From: Catajapyx aquilonaris
Lineage: Eukaryota
Assembly (NCBI GenBank): GCA_000934665.2
Contig: KZ538021.1
Coordinates: 1 to 64,000 of the forward strand
Reading direction: 5' to 3'
Length of the DNA: 64,000 nt
The first letter of the stretch is position 1. Each line of letters begins with the position of its first letter. Below are positions 12,721 to 26,127 of this stretch, piece after piece. The notes under the pieces are model-generated. The model saw only the letters and a list, made by a program, of their open reading frames with translations. It was not told where the DNA came from and searched no databases. Both the position numbers and the translations under genes were made by a program.

Positions 12721-13266
12721 TGTACGTGTAAATGCTTCTTACGTGGCGCTGTAGTATATACTTGCAGGAAAAAGTCAAGCTCAATAAATCGGCAAAATTT
12801 CTAATAGGCAATGTGTCACAATTCGCCACACTCTTTAAGGCCCGTCGCCAGAACGGCGTCAGGAACGCTCCTTTCGTGTGGTTACAAGTTGGCAGTTTGC
12901 GTTATATTGCCGCTCGTTTGCATGTAATTAATATGTTATTTATGAAGTACACTAAATCAGCCATTCAAAATGCGAAGAGAAGTGGGGGGAGGGGAGCACT
13001 TGCGACTGCGACCAACCGTGGACAATCCCCTTCCTCAATAAAAATTTTCTCAATTATTTCTCCTAATGGTTGGGGGAGAGGTGAACAAGGGGTGGTAACC
13101 ATTTCAAAATAAAATGGGGAGTGGATTTGTAACGTACTTTTTTTTGAGGCGTGCACCAACATTAACGCAAGAATGTAACCCTGGCCGATGGGGACGTCAC
13201 ACAGAGCAGAGAAATGGAAAATAATATGCAGGCGTAAAATGAGGTGTGCGCCAGTCGATTTGGGTC

Positions 13267-13268
<2 letters not shown>

Positions 13269-13312
<44 letters not shown>
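13269..13312. repeat. (TG)22 microsatellite
   Basis: Uninterrupted TG dinucleotide run. Confidence 0.97.
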
Positions 13313-13316
<4 letters not shown>

Positions 13317-13810
13317 CGAGGGGCGGAGTCGTGTGACGGAGCAAATGGGGCCAGGCAGCATCAAGAGAGGACTGCCCGTCAAGCCCTCTCTCCCCTTGCG
13401 GTTATAATATGGGCCCCGGACGCCATCCAGCCAGGCCCAAGCTAGGCCTATTATAATGGTCCCCGGGCGTGCTTTGCTTGCCAGGCGATGCACTCCATTG
13501 CCCAACGGGTCGCTCTGGGGGTATATCACTGTTGTTTCAGGACAGGCAGCCAGCCAAGGGAAAGAGAGGAGGAGGAGGATGAGGGGGGGCATATAGCTTA
13601 CAAAAGTGGGGGAGCATTGTGGCGATTCTAAAGCTCAACATATACCAGGGGGTTTGTATCCAGAATCGTTAATGTCTTGGCCATATGTCAGCCTCTGCGC
13701 GACTAATTGGGTGACAGTTGCAGGGCAGTGATTAAACTGGGGGATGGATAAGACAGAAAATGCCAAAAGTGCAGCGTAGAGCCATTTTAATTGGTGCATT
13801 TACACGTGAA

Positions 13811-14035
13811 TCTTTCTCCTAACAGGCCTATTCTCTCCGTCCGGTGTTTGTCAGATCGGATAGTATCGCACAAACCGAGGGTGGCGGGAATGTGCAGAGG
13901 GATGATGCGACACAAGGTGCGACATCTATTCCTGAAAAATAGTACTACGTGGTAAATCGCAGGGCCATCTCATTGCAGTCGTTTAATCGTCACTGACGGA
14001 TTTTGCCAAATTTTGGCAACGGGTTCACTGTATAG
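13811..14035 (+). mobile_element. Non-autonomous Helitron, copy A (degenerate 3' end)
   Basis: Aligns over ~210 bp with the reverse complement of 16214-16427. 5' A|TC start, subterminal palindrome TTGCCAAATTTTGGCAA, and a 3' end reading CT(GTAT)AG|T. Confidence 0.7.
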
Positions 14036-16213
14036 TTTGGAGAGTAGCCAGTACCGTATTATATTCGAGGCAATGTCCAGTGCGTTTAAAAATGAGCATC
14101 CAGTTAGGAATTACAAGTATGGTGGGAGGAGGAGGCATGATGATGATCCCCGAAAGGGTCTCCCAGGTGGGCCGAACCTGACAGGTGGGCAGGTTCCAGT
14201 GTGTTTAGGGAGGGCTTCCAGGACCAATGAGGAGTTGGAACTGGCATTCAAAACATGGGAGGGAGACAGGATGGGGAAGAAATAGTGGGAAAAAAAGAGT
14301 GTCAGGAAGGGGGCTCTGCTAAGGAGTTATGTGGCTATCCACGTGCTCTTATGTGGGCTTGGCCACAAGTATTTGTTGACCGATGCTGCTAGATGGAACG
14401 TGGCAGCTTGACCTATGGAGGGTGGTGGCCCCTCGCGAGTATTTTCTCTCGCTTGCTTTTGCCTTTTTTTGTGTGTGTGTGTGGGTCCACACTTCTTGCC
14501 AGGCTTCATTCCTGAGGGCTAAATATGGGCTTGGGATCTTCACTGGCTAGCAGATTGGGTGGTTTGAAGGTGTCGGCTTTTCTTGAAGGAGGTGATGGAC
14601 CAAATGTGTCGTACAACGTTTTACGACTTATGCGGTTGCTGTTGTTGTCCGCCAGAGCGTCGCTACCTGCCTTGTAATCGTGCAGTCATCGCCAGACATC
14701 CCGGATATTGCTCTGGGGAGGAATGTCTGCCCTTGAGGATTCCATGACAAGTGTTTGCACGTTGCAAGAGAACAGGGCTATAATGTTATACTTAGTACAT
14801 ATAGTGTGACAGCCTGACACATGTACACACACAGGAGAGAAGCCTGTTCAAGATAGTGCACTGATAGACGTCGCAGGAAAATATTTAACGAGTTGTATTT
14901 GGGACCGATTTAGTCGCAACAGAAATTGAACAAATTAGTGTATAGAGATTAGGAAAATGGATTCTTGCGAGTTAAGAAACTGATGTTGTGCTTTCGTCTC
15001 ATTTCGCCCATTTTATGCGTGAAAGGGCCGTGACATTTGCAGGATCACACGCTCACTGAATTTATATCACACGGTTTAATTTCCCAGGAAGAGATTACCG
15101 GAATATAAAATGTTTCACATTTGACCTTTTAGTTCCCGATCCAGATCATTATGATGGCACTTCCTCCTCGTTTCTTTTTTGCTCACTCATTCCTATAGTG
15201 GCTGTCCGAATGCCTCGTGAAGATAAGAGGCCTTAGCACCCAATTATCGCCAATTTGAAGCCACAAACTAGGCCATTTCGAGAGATCACAGGCCTTCCAG
15301 CACATTCCCATCCTGCTATGCCGAGATATGCACTCGAATCACGTGCCCATATTTCGACACATATCACGCGTCTACAGCAGATGAGGACACACACAAAAAA
15401 ATAGCTGAAGTGTCTATCTGCCAACCAGAGGCAGCAAACCTGCGCTTATATAATTATCAGTTTTTGTGTACAAAAAATGCCAAACATTTCATTCCACTCT
15501 GCGCTTCAGGGTTTATCAGCCAGAGTTCGACCTCTGCCGGATGTGTAGACCCTGATTTCTGTCATGACTTCTCCTAGCATTAGTTGTTTATTTCACTAGT
15601 TAATGATATCTATTAATACTCCATTACTGTCCTAGATACAAGGGTTGTCGAGGGTGACAGCCACCAGATAAAAGCGTGGGGGTTTCCGGCCTTTGATAAG
15701 TCGTCTGTGTACTATAACACATGAGCAGGGGGCAAAATACTTTCAGCTTGTTTATTTATTTTTTTCTCTTTGTTTTTTTCTTCACCTCCCCCCCCTGTGT
15801 ATATATACCCCCCCTAATTCTTACTCTTACACACACGTCACATAAAAGAAATGATAGGAGAATAATTAATGCGATGCCCAGCAGGGACTGGTTCGGGTTA
15901 CGGAGTTGGTTGGCTAATTGGGAACTAGCCGCTATTTTCTCAAAACTTCTATAAGCCCCCCAACAAGGCAGCCCCTTTTTCGACCATGTCATCTCCACTC
16001 TGAAGTCGGATGAAATTGCGTTTCCTCCCTGCCTCAGCTCATTAAGCAACTGTAGTTATCTCTACTCCTGTAATAAACAGATTATTGCCATAGGGTGTTT
16101 GGGGTCCTCCAGGCCAAAGGGTCGGAGTGTCAGCTGAATTGAATCATCAGGATTCCTGTGTAAAAAATGTAGGATTTTTCTTCCACCCGAAAATGCTAAG
16201 TATTATAGTAAAA

Positions 16214-16427
16214 CTAGTGAGCCTGTTGCCAAAATTTGGCAAAATACTCATCAGTATAACAGTGACAAGCAACTGAGATGGCCCGCCTATTTACTAAGCA
16301 GTGCTATTTTTCACGTATAGATGGCGCATACTTCCTCTGCACACTCCTGCCACCCTCAGATAGTGCGAGAGCGCGCGATACTATCTGTTCGGACAAACAT
16401 CCGACAGAGAGAATAAGCCTATTAGGA
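16214..16427 (-). mobile_element. Non-autonomous Helitron, copy B
   Basis: Minus strand reads A|TCCTAATAGG...TTGCCAAATTTTGGCAA-CAGGCTCA-CTAG|T. This gives a 5'-TC, a hairpin 8 nt before the 3'-CTAG, insertion between A and T, and no TSD. Confidence 0.8.
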
Positions 16428-17917
16428 TAATTTAGGTCGAACCACACCTTTTCGTGGTGGGGCGCCCAAAAAATCGAACTTCTACAAATAATATTTATTA
16501 GGTCATCTTTCGTCACCCTAAAAATAATTATGTGGCGATTATGCAGGCAGTGATGGACAGGAACAAACACCGACGCCCCCCAAAAAAAACCCCTCCAGGG
16601 TGGGTTACACAAACTTCCAAATCGACGGCCGGTAGCCCGTGGATCGAAACTGTTAAACCAACAAAGGAGGGAGAGACAAAACCAGCAGTTAGGTAGCCAG
16701 ATTTTTGTAAATAAAGTTGCCCGCGGAGAAGCCTACCTGCTGTCAACACATCATTAAAAACGATGGGCGTTGGATCGGACCTATGGGCGTGTCGATTTAA
16801 TTGTGAACCAGAAAACTAGAAGGTGCTGGGAGGTAGATTATACAATTTTTTTTTAAATATAAAAAAATGGTTGAGGCTTGGATGAAAAACCCACCGATCC
16901 AAAAAGCGCGCTCTTTCATTATTCCCGCCCATTTTCCAAATTCCTCAACAGCCCCCAGTGATTAAATATTAATGGCGGGACGATTAATTTCTTCGCCCTC
17001 CATCACAAGGCCCAAAGCGCTCAAAGAGCCCGCCGGCTGGTCCTCAACTTAAATACTTATGAGATTATAATCCTCTTTCCAGCAGCTTTGCGGGGGAATA
17101 TAAGATGGGTGGGCGGGTGCTCTGTAGCTCTAGGCGTAATCTAGAGAAGAGAAAAAAAAAATGAGAGAGGAGGGGGAGGGGGTTTAATCTGCATATTTAA
17201 TTTCACCTGACAGTGATAACACGAAATTTAGCTGGGGGAGTAAAAAGGGTACAAATTATAATTAAAGCTGCGTGTTAGTTTACGCAGCGTGTGGATTGCA
17301 CACTATATTTGTCAACGGTTTTTAAGACGGGAGAATAAAATTATGCGTTATAATAGATAGTGTCAGCGTATGCAAAATGTTGCTCCGAATTTATTTAGAC
17401 CGGATACATTAGCAGGTGACGTCTGGGCTTATTCGTGATGCTAATACAACATTGCGTAAACTGGTTTTTTTGTGTACTTGCCCAGAAGGGTTGAGTGCAA
17501 ATAAGTATGCACGCTTCTGTTCCTCTTGTGACATTGCAATTGGCCATATATTAACTGGAAGAGGCTGTTATGATTTTCACGTTTTCGTACGCACACAAAT
17601 TTTGCTTTGAATCTTGATAAAATAATATGCTGACGTAATTGCACAAAAGCAACCAAAATTGCAAATTGTGTGTTAACTGAGTGATCGTACACTGTGACGT
17701 GCTATGTAATCATCTCATTAATCCGTCACTTAATCGGTGACTGCTTGTTTCATCACCATGAGGGACACCCTGTAGGCCCAGTAAAAATCCAGTTTTGCTG
17801 TTCCGCAACAACCAGTCGTGCACACATTTTTTGGCCAGCATTTTTATATCCCCCCTCCTCCCTCTTCCCCCATGCAACCGACCTTAACATTTTTACAGCT
17901 TCGTCAAAAGAGCTAAA

Positions 17918-18239
17918 TTAAGGGGTGTATATCGTGGCGCTGCCTGGTAATAATTACCCCTTCGAAAGTCGGTTGCTGATAGCTATCGCAACGCCGACTA
18001 ACTACAACGATTCGTCTCTGTTCAGATTCAACAACGCGCTTGTCTGAGATTGACTCGACACGTTTTTCGAACCGGCAGAGAGACCTCCACAGAAAAACCT
18101 CCCCAATAATACAATATATATTTTTGGCCCCCCATAAAACTTGGCGAACCACTGATCCAAACCTAAATTTTCGTAAGGCCCCCAAATTTCATCACAAATA
18201 TGCATTGGATTTGTATAATCATTGTGTTACATGCCTTAA
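17918..18239. mobile_element. Possible old TTAA-flanked MITE (Kolobok-like)
   Basis: Left end TTAAGGGGTGTA versus right-end reverse complement TTAAGGCATGTA (10/12 match, including the TTAA). Internal imperfect palindrome AGTCGGTTGCTGATAGCTATCGCAACGCCGACT near 17967-17999. Confidence 0.35.
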
Positions 18240-20569
18240 TTGATTACCTGTTTTTTTTTAATTAAATGGAGGGGTTTGATTTGGACCCGCCAATTTTATA
18301 AGGCGAGAAGGTTTTTGGCGGGGCGGGTCCTGGTCATGCATTAATGTTAGGTAAATAATCCGTAGTGACACCTGCGAGCCGTGTTACCTTGTGATTAATG
18401 GGGGGTGCCCCAAGAGAGTCAGCCGGCCTATGGTCCACCTTATACTGGTGGGAAAATGAAAAAAAAAAAAAGGTGGGGGAGATGTGGTGAAGAGAGAAGA
18501 ATTGGTGGAAAAGGGGGGAGAAAAAAAACTAAGAAAAATACCTGAAAAAAGGCAGGTGGTGAAAATGAGAATAAATTTAAAGGAGCTAGAAGTGAAATTG
18601 TGAGGGATGATTTTTTTTAAAGAGGAAAAAGTTATCAATGGCAGCATCTTTAGCTGCTAAGGGCAGACACATTGTTTGGTTTGTAGGGTACAAGTGTTTT
18701 GTGATAAGGGTACAATCGGAAACCTAAATAACTAATTAGGTGATGTTGGGAAAGATATACAGGTTGTGTTTTAATGGGGAGCTACACTTTGTCGTGTCTA
18801 GTTCATCCAACCGGAAAGGACTCACCTTATATGTGATTAATACAAAAATGTGCCCACTTTCTTTTAAAAAAAATACCAACATAACTTCTCCTACTTGAGG
18901 TTATCGCTGCATGTGAACGGCGGTTTATTTGTTTTGCAAAATAGGGCATAATGAATTCCGGTTTATCTTTGGTCAAGCAATTATCGCAGTCACAAAGCCA
19001 CGCCGTGCAATATGGCGCTGGTCAGTGACATATAGAGTACACGTTTCAAGGACAACAACCTCAATTTCCAGAGCGACATAAAAATACATGAGCAAGTGTC
19101 GTGCCAGTTATCCAGATGAACCTATGTTTATTTTGGACCAATGCCCACAGTGCCGTCGAAGAAGTTGATTACTAGAACTCACGAATAGTGACGCAAACCG
19201 ACCGGGTCCTACACGCCTTCCTAATTACCCGGATGTTTATTTCATATCTGTCCCGCGGTGTACCCGATAATTATTCTCCTAAGCTCCAGGGGCAATGCAT
19301 ACATGCTCACACAGATAAGATACGACCGACGTCCGAAACACCCCAAGAGCTGCATATATTTTTTAATGAGCCTTTATTAACACTTGATGAATTCCGTCGT
19401 CACATCATTCCCCTCAGTTAAACATCTAATTACTTATCCTGAAACGGGAGAGAGAGAAAAAATGCGTAACGAGTGATGTCCTGTCCGGCCAGTTACAAAA
19501 ACGTGCTGGACTTGCTTTTGTCCCATATTTTCTAGAAGTGGCCATTGCAGGTGTTGCCTTCAGAAGAAAAAGGTCTGTAATTAAGCGCATGACGAAAATC
19601 AGGTGTCGTGCACTGGACTATTAATTTCCGGAAGTCTTTTCTGCGATCTAGATCTATCCCCATTGCAAAACTGACCTTGAATTGCTAATTACACCAATGT
19701 AATTACCATATCGTGCATAAATCTGCCAATATGACAACACCTGAAATTACTCATTTTTTTCTGAGGGGGTTGAGTAGTACAAATGAAAATAATTTGGAAG
19801 TTAGCCCACCCAACGCTTTTTCTTACGAGAGTTTGGGTGAGGATATAATAGTAAATTATCCTCGGGTTGCGTGAGAAAATATTGACGCCTGATGGCGGGC
19901 TGGAGATTTATTAGGTCGTGGAAAAGTGGCTTCCATGAATATTGATTCCCGGGGGCGGTAATTTATCCGGGGCGCTTATAAATCCCTGGGAAGGGCGATG
20001 TGGGCACGGCGGAGGTGTTGAACATGATGTGCAGTTATCGGAACCGCATTTGGCTCGTAGAAAAAGCTAGAGGGGGGGTTATATTGAGAGCCTTTCCTAT
20101 CCTACAAAACACGCCCAAGGTGGATAGTGTTGACACTTGGTCTGGTCGATAGCCGGCAATTTCGGCTCCATCTTCGCTATTTGTGGTTGGGGATTACAGG
20201 CCCCGGAGGAATATTAATAATATGTATGTATATAAAAAACAAAATGGAGGAGACGCCGAGGGAGGTCAGGTTTGACCTGCGTGTGGTCGCGTGAACAAAG
20301 TTTGTTTTGTTGGTAGGGAGAGAAATCATGTTGATCGGAGGCGTGGGAACATGTCAAGATTGGGGTGATGGAAGTTTTGCCATCATTATGTTCCGTCATG
20401 TTTACGCTGCTTTGATGCGCACAGAAGGGAACCGGAAATACGCTCAGGTAGCATCGTTTTTTAAATCATGTGCAGTCAAACATGTAGCACATCCTACAAC
20501 AGTAACGCCAATAATATAATAATGTCACAAATAATATTAAAATCCTGCGTTGTATGACCGAGGCTTCTT

Positions 20570-20678
20570 ATTGGCCAGCGGTATATTGTTTGCGCGACGC
20601 TTCCTATTGGCCTCCGTCCTGCGCCTGCGCAACCGGGAAGGAAGCGCCTCTGGTGGATGGAACTAGTAATTGTTATAT
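20570..20678 (+). repeat. Dispersed ~110-bp repeat, copy 1 (unclassified TE fragment)
   Basis: Its reverse complement aligns with 53013-53128: shared ACTAGTTC, CCACCAGAGGCGCT, TTGCGCAGGCGCAG and CGCAAACAATATAC in the same order. Confidence 0.75.
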
Positions 20679-23600
20679 TTTTAGTCATTCGGTTAGTTCA
20701 TTTGTTCATAAAAATTATGCAACCATATCCGGGTTAATGTCATTTTTATTCATTTATTATTTTTATGCCCATTGCTCAGGACACTATCCGGGTTAATGTA
20801 AATCATATACTCTGCTTAGAATTTAATTACAGGTTTCATTTAAGTGCTACTGTGTTCGGGACTCAACTGTTGACACAGCGTGCAATCGGATACCCCCCTC
20901 GGATGAAAACCAAATGAGAGGAAATTGATTGAGATAACACGTAAGCTAGGTCGGAGTTATGTGGAGATTGGATACAATTCAAACAACACAGGTAAGGGTG
21001 CGTAAAGGGGGGGTCATTTTGGCATGGAGCTTGGGCCATTAAGGAGGGAAATTGCCACCAAGGGCAAATATCCGATTACCTTTTTTTCTCCCCCCCCCCC
21101 CTTCTTGTATTTATGGGCGGCTTGTTTGCCCCTCCCTTAGTCACACGAGGTGTGGGAGGGCGAACCTATTTTTTTGACACTTTTCCCCCCCCATTTTTGG
21201 TATATAGATATTTTACACCCCCTTGCCACTTTGCAAGGTTTGGTTATTGGAGGGGACGAGAGTTGTGCGGTTGCCGTTGGAAGGAACCCGAAAAAAGCCC
21301 CTTTGGGAGGCTATGACAAGCGTGCTGGATCGCATTTCAGAATTGAGGGTGGGTGGGTAGAAGTGACCCCGAGGGGATAATGGAGCCCTCCTTGGAAATG
21401 GCCCCTTGCAGGCTTTTAATTAGGAGCCAGCCTTGTTTAATGTTTCGCCTCATAAGCGGCCCAGGCAGGAAGAAGAGTGTGAATTAGTTTAGACAACAAG
21501 CTCTCTTCCATGGTTTATTGCTGATGTTTTTCTTTCTCTCCCTAGTCTCTTTTGGGCGCTTATTTATTTTGGGACACAAGCAGCAGGGATTTGCTTACTT
21601 TCTGGAAATATTGAGTGTGCACAGAGCTTATGATTTGCCAGAAAAGAAGCTATTTGGGGATATTATTTTCCAGCTAATGGCAGCAAGAGATAGGGTGCAA
21701 TTTCCACAAATATTTTCTTATATACTGGACAGACATTTCATGTATAGGGCAGAAAGTGGCTAAGAATTTTCCCTCGCAAGACCCACAGCCGAAAAATTCT
21801 ACCGTTACAACAAATCCGTTGAGCATTGGCACACGTAACGTCTTTGGTACGAGCCAACAGCAGTGTTATCCACGTGTCAAAAAAGGACTTGAAGCCTGCC
21901 TCACACAACTGGCAAGAAAAACTATCATCTTTCCGTGTAATTCGGTTGTCTGCGACCCCACAAGTGGCCCATGGGGGCATGAATGAAAACAGGAGTTTTC
22001 TTTTGCTTTTGTGTCAGCTCAGCGGTTGTGTGACCAGATGTGTGTAAAAGACTCCCCCATTTTGCGGTGTGACATTTCCAAAAAGGGACTTTTTGATGCT
22101 GGCTAAAGCCCCCCTTGCCAACCCACAATTTTGTTTGCCTTGTAATCATAAGGGTACAGTTACCAAAATCCCCCTTTTGCCCTGGCAGCACACACACCTT
22201 GTGGAAAGTGTGTAGCTTTCAACTTTTGCACCGCCTTCACTCTCTCTCTCTCGTGGGGGGGTTTCTTTTCCAACCCTCCGGATAAAATGCCTGGACGTTG
22301 AGGTAACTAGCGTGCAAAAGCTTACTTTGGGCCCGCGCTTGTCCATAAACAGAAGGCCACAAAGAGGACAAAAGGGGTTGGGGGGAAGTATATATAAGGA
22401 CCTGGGGAGACCTCGCTGTGGGAGGTTGCCATGGGTCTTCAAATCTACACGTCTCTAGCAGAAAGTCTGGGCAAACACTGGTTTTGAGATGCGTTGTACT
22501 ACATGTATTGCTGGTGCAGATTTTAAAGGTAGTACCACCCTGTGCTGGGATTAGGTTGCTGTGGTACATACCCAAAGAACCTATCAATCCACTGAGTGTG
22601 TAGCATGCGGATGCATCTGAATTAAACAAATATGCTCCATAAATATGCATCATCACGTCCTCGTATGACTATAGCATCCTTCGCCTTTTTTTTGTCTTGC
22701 GTTCTGCTTCTCTCTTGATCCAATTTGGCAATAATAAGGTCGTCCCCAAACGGTCCCCTTGGGTCGCGATTAATTTGGTCGCGATGTGACAGATCCATTC
22801 CAGCATAAACGCCGTTCCATTAGTGTCAACAGTCTTCGCACTCCCTCCAGTGACTTTTATAATGCTAATAATATATATAAAAGCGGGCGACATTAGCCGA
22901 GGATGACATGTTTAAATTGCCCTCTTGTCATCTCGCGTGCCGTCATTTCTGTCCCCCTCCCACCATCCGAGGCCCTCGTGCTAAATTGCACGAAATAAAG
23001 CCTTTGCCCGCATGTTTTATGGAGCGTTCCGTCGTGATTTACGTCGGACATGTTGCTCTCGTTTTGTTGTTTCTTTTTTTTATTTGTTCCAAACGCCCGT
23101 GCGGAATTCTGGCGACTTGCGTCATGCCTGGTTGCAACTCTATGCTCTTCTATGCTAGAAATAAATTGGCCGACACGGAAAGTGCTGGAAACACGGAATG
23201 TCCAGTGTCCACCTGTGAAAATAGGGGCTGACATAAATGCGAAAACACGTGAATCACTGTCCTAGACCTAAACTGTCGTTCTGTATTATAAGAGCCATAA
23301 CATAATTATGTTGAATGGCTACGACATAGCATGATTTGTGTGACTTCCATTGCATAAAATATAATTGTACCACAATTTGTGCCAGTATGTGCCTAGGAAA
23401 TGCTGCACATTAAAGCTTCTCACTTGAAAGAATTAGTGGAATATTAACATGATGGGATCCGGACTTTTCGCCCCCGCCGTTTCGCCCCCGCGACATATTC
23501 CACTTCCAAACGTAACATCGTTTTTATGCGAAATATTATTGGCCATCCCACAAAATCCTTGAAACAGTTTCAACAATAAGATGGCTTGATGCTCAACGTA

Positions 23601-26127
23601 CTTTAGCGTGAAATAAATGAGCATGCACGGAAAGTGTTTGCGACACGAAACATCCTCTACTTACATGAAAATACACGGCGACACAAATGAGAAAGTATCA
23701 GGGAGCTCGCTTATTTTTTTAAAAAAAAAACTTATGCTGGCACGGATATTAAAATCAAACAGAGATCTTGAGGTTAATATCCCAGATTAGGCCAGACTTC
23801 CTCTTGCCCAATAAGAAGTGAGAGTAAGGCTATCAGAGCGGTAATGGTGTAGGTGTCACAATTCATCACTGCCTTTCACTCATGCAGCACGCAAACCCCC
23901 TTTTGCCCGTTTTATCCCCCCACCAAACAATTCTCTCGAAATAATTGTTCACCCTATACACAATATAGTCTCAGTGTCAAGGTGTCTAACCCGTTAAGTA
24001 TTTTCCACCAAACCTCCCCAAAAAACACACCGATTATCTTCTGGGCTTGATGACTCCAACACGCAAAGGCCTGCTAGGGTTACATTCCGATCTCTGTATA
24101 TTTTGCACCGACCCGGCGCTAAATAATAGATATTGTTTATAGAGGGCGAGTTTGCTCAATATAATTTGGGTTCAACCAAAACTGGATAATCGCATGAGAG
24201 AGGCGGGTAATTACGCAGTGCTGGGTCGGCATGCAAATTCTTGGCTTCGTGTGTACGACTGGCCCTATCTGGCTATAAATCTACCAATTAATCTGGACAC
24301 CCTCGGCGATTAGTCGCATTTTCTCCTGCGAGGCTCCCTCGGGGCTTCTCGCAGAAATTATGACGTCATCTCGCGTGCCCATTTGCGGTGCTCAGTGTGT
24401 AATGTATGGTGTAAGTTGGGGAGCGAATTGTGCTGAAACTGTGGGGCAGCGCACGCAACACGGCTGCAAAACCCACCATATGTATACGGTATAAATGGCC
24501 AACAGAAGGAAGGCATATTAAAAAAGAGAGAAACAGCTGCCATCTTAAATTCACTAACGGTTAGGCTACTTAACTTATTTTTCTGCACGATACGTTCATC
24601 GGTCGTAAACTCGTGTATAGTGGGCACTTGGAGATAATTGAACCAATTATAACTAATCAGCATATTTGGGTCGCTTGAAGGGTCATATCTGAAAGTGTTA
24701 CGTGCTATCGTCAGGCAATCATACATTTAATAATCGACAGTGTATTAAATAATTTCCTCATGAATGAACTTGGGCAGTGAACAACCCTGTATGTTGGGGG
24801 AAAAAATAGTTGAAACAAATCTTTGCGAGATAAGGTGGGGGAATTGAGATAGGAAAAAGAGATATGATTGGTCGTATCATTTGGTATTCTGAAGTTAGGC
24901 CTATCAGATCCCTACTCGATATTGGGGAGGGAGCAAGAGGACATATTTTTTAGCTATCAGAATGCACCGTGCATCTCCCAAGTCCCCCTCTTTCTATATA
25001 TACCATAAAAAAATAATGCCCGCGAAAAAAAAACAACAACGAAAGAGAAGTATAGAAGGAAAAGAGTGTTGGCGAGATTTCGAGGCCCTCTCGAGCCATA
25101 AAGCTCATCGCTTTGCGTTACGCCGTTTTACAAGCTTCAAAATTGAGGCGATTACAAGTTCAATTTTGGTTGACAGACGGATGCTGATTTACGATAGATG
25201 GTCCCATGTAAATGCCCGGCCCTTGAACGCCGAGGGACCTGCTGGCCGAAAAGGACCAGTCAAAGTTTACAACCCGAAACTGCATAAATCTTGCATTTCC
25301 GCATGTAATATATTGAACTGTGGTGTCAAGCATAGCTTTTTTTTCGTTCTTCTGGAACCTCCTTCTGAAAGTGCATTTCCAGAAGATTGTTGGGGAGAAG
25401 CAAGGGTCTGGGGGAGGTGTTGATGGGTGTGGATGGCTTTTTCTGGACTCGAAATTGCAAGTGTCACATTGGGGGAGCATCACTATCTTGATTTGTGCCA
25501 TTCGAGAGGATGTTGGGCCTCTCCGTATATACAGCGCAGTATACACAAGATGAGAATGCGAATGGGGGTGGTGTCGGGTTACAGAGGAATATCCCCTTAT
25601 TTCACACCATTTCGTGTCCTATGGCTTTGATCACAACTGGGGTGGACGCCATAAAGTGTATAAGCCTTCTTCCTGTTATATACTCCTGCTGTAAATGTAC
25701 CTTTTTCTGGTTACACCTCTTTAAAAAGTAAAATCGCATAAGAACTGATATTACATCTGACTGTGTGTTTCACGCAAGTTCGTTTGAAAGCCTTAAATGT
25801 ACGGTCAAAGTTATAATATGAGAATGGTTCAGTTTAGATATACGAGTTTACAAAATTGCTCTCCAGTCAACCTATATAATACATAGCATGATCAAAATAC
25901 AATAATCAATGCTATTATTGTGCTGTAAAAATGTAAACTGAAACTCGCCGTTTGGTATGCCTTTCTCTATATATTATATGAACAGTTTCTGCCTCTAATA
26001 TCACTACAGGGGGCGGATAGTTATGTTTTTACAGAGTTTTTTCCTCTGTATGCACGAGGGTGTGATTTGTACGAAAATTCCAATCATGACCATCAGGAGT
26101 CCAAAAAAGTGGGTCTTATTTTGCATA

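Noticed and set aside
13162..13592. ORFs with HT/CV dipeptide repeats
   Set aside because: Translations of the (TG)22 microsatellite.
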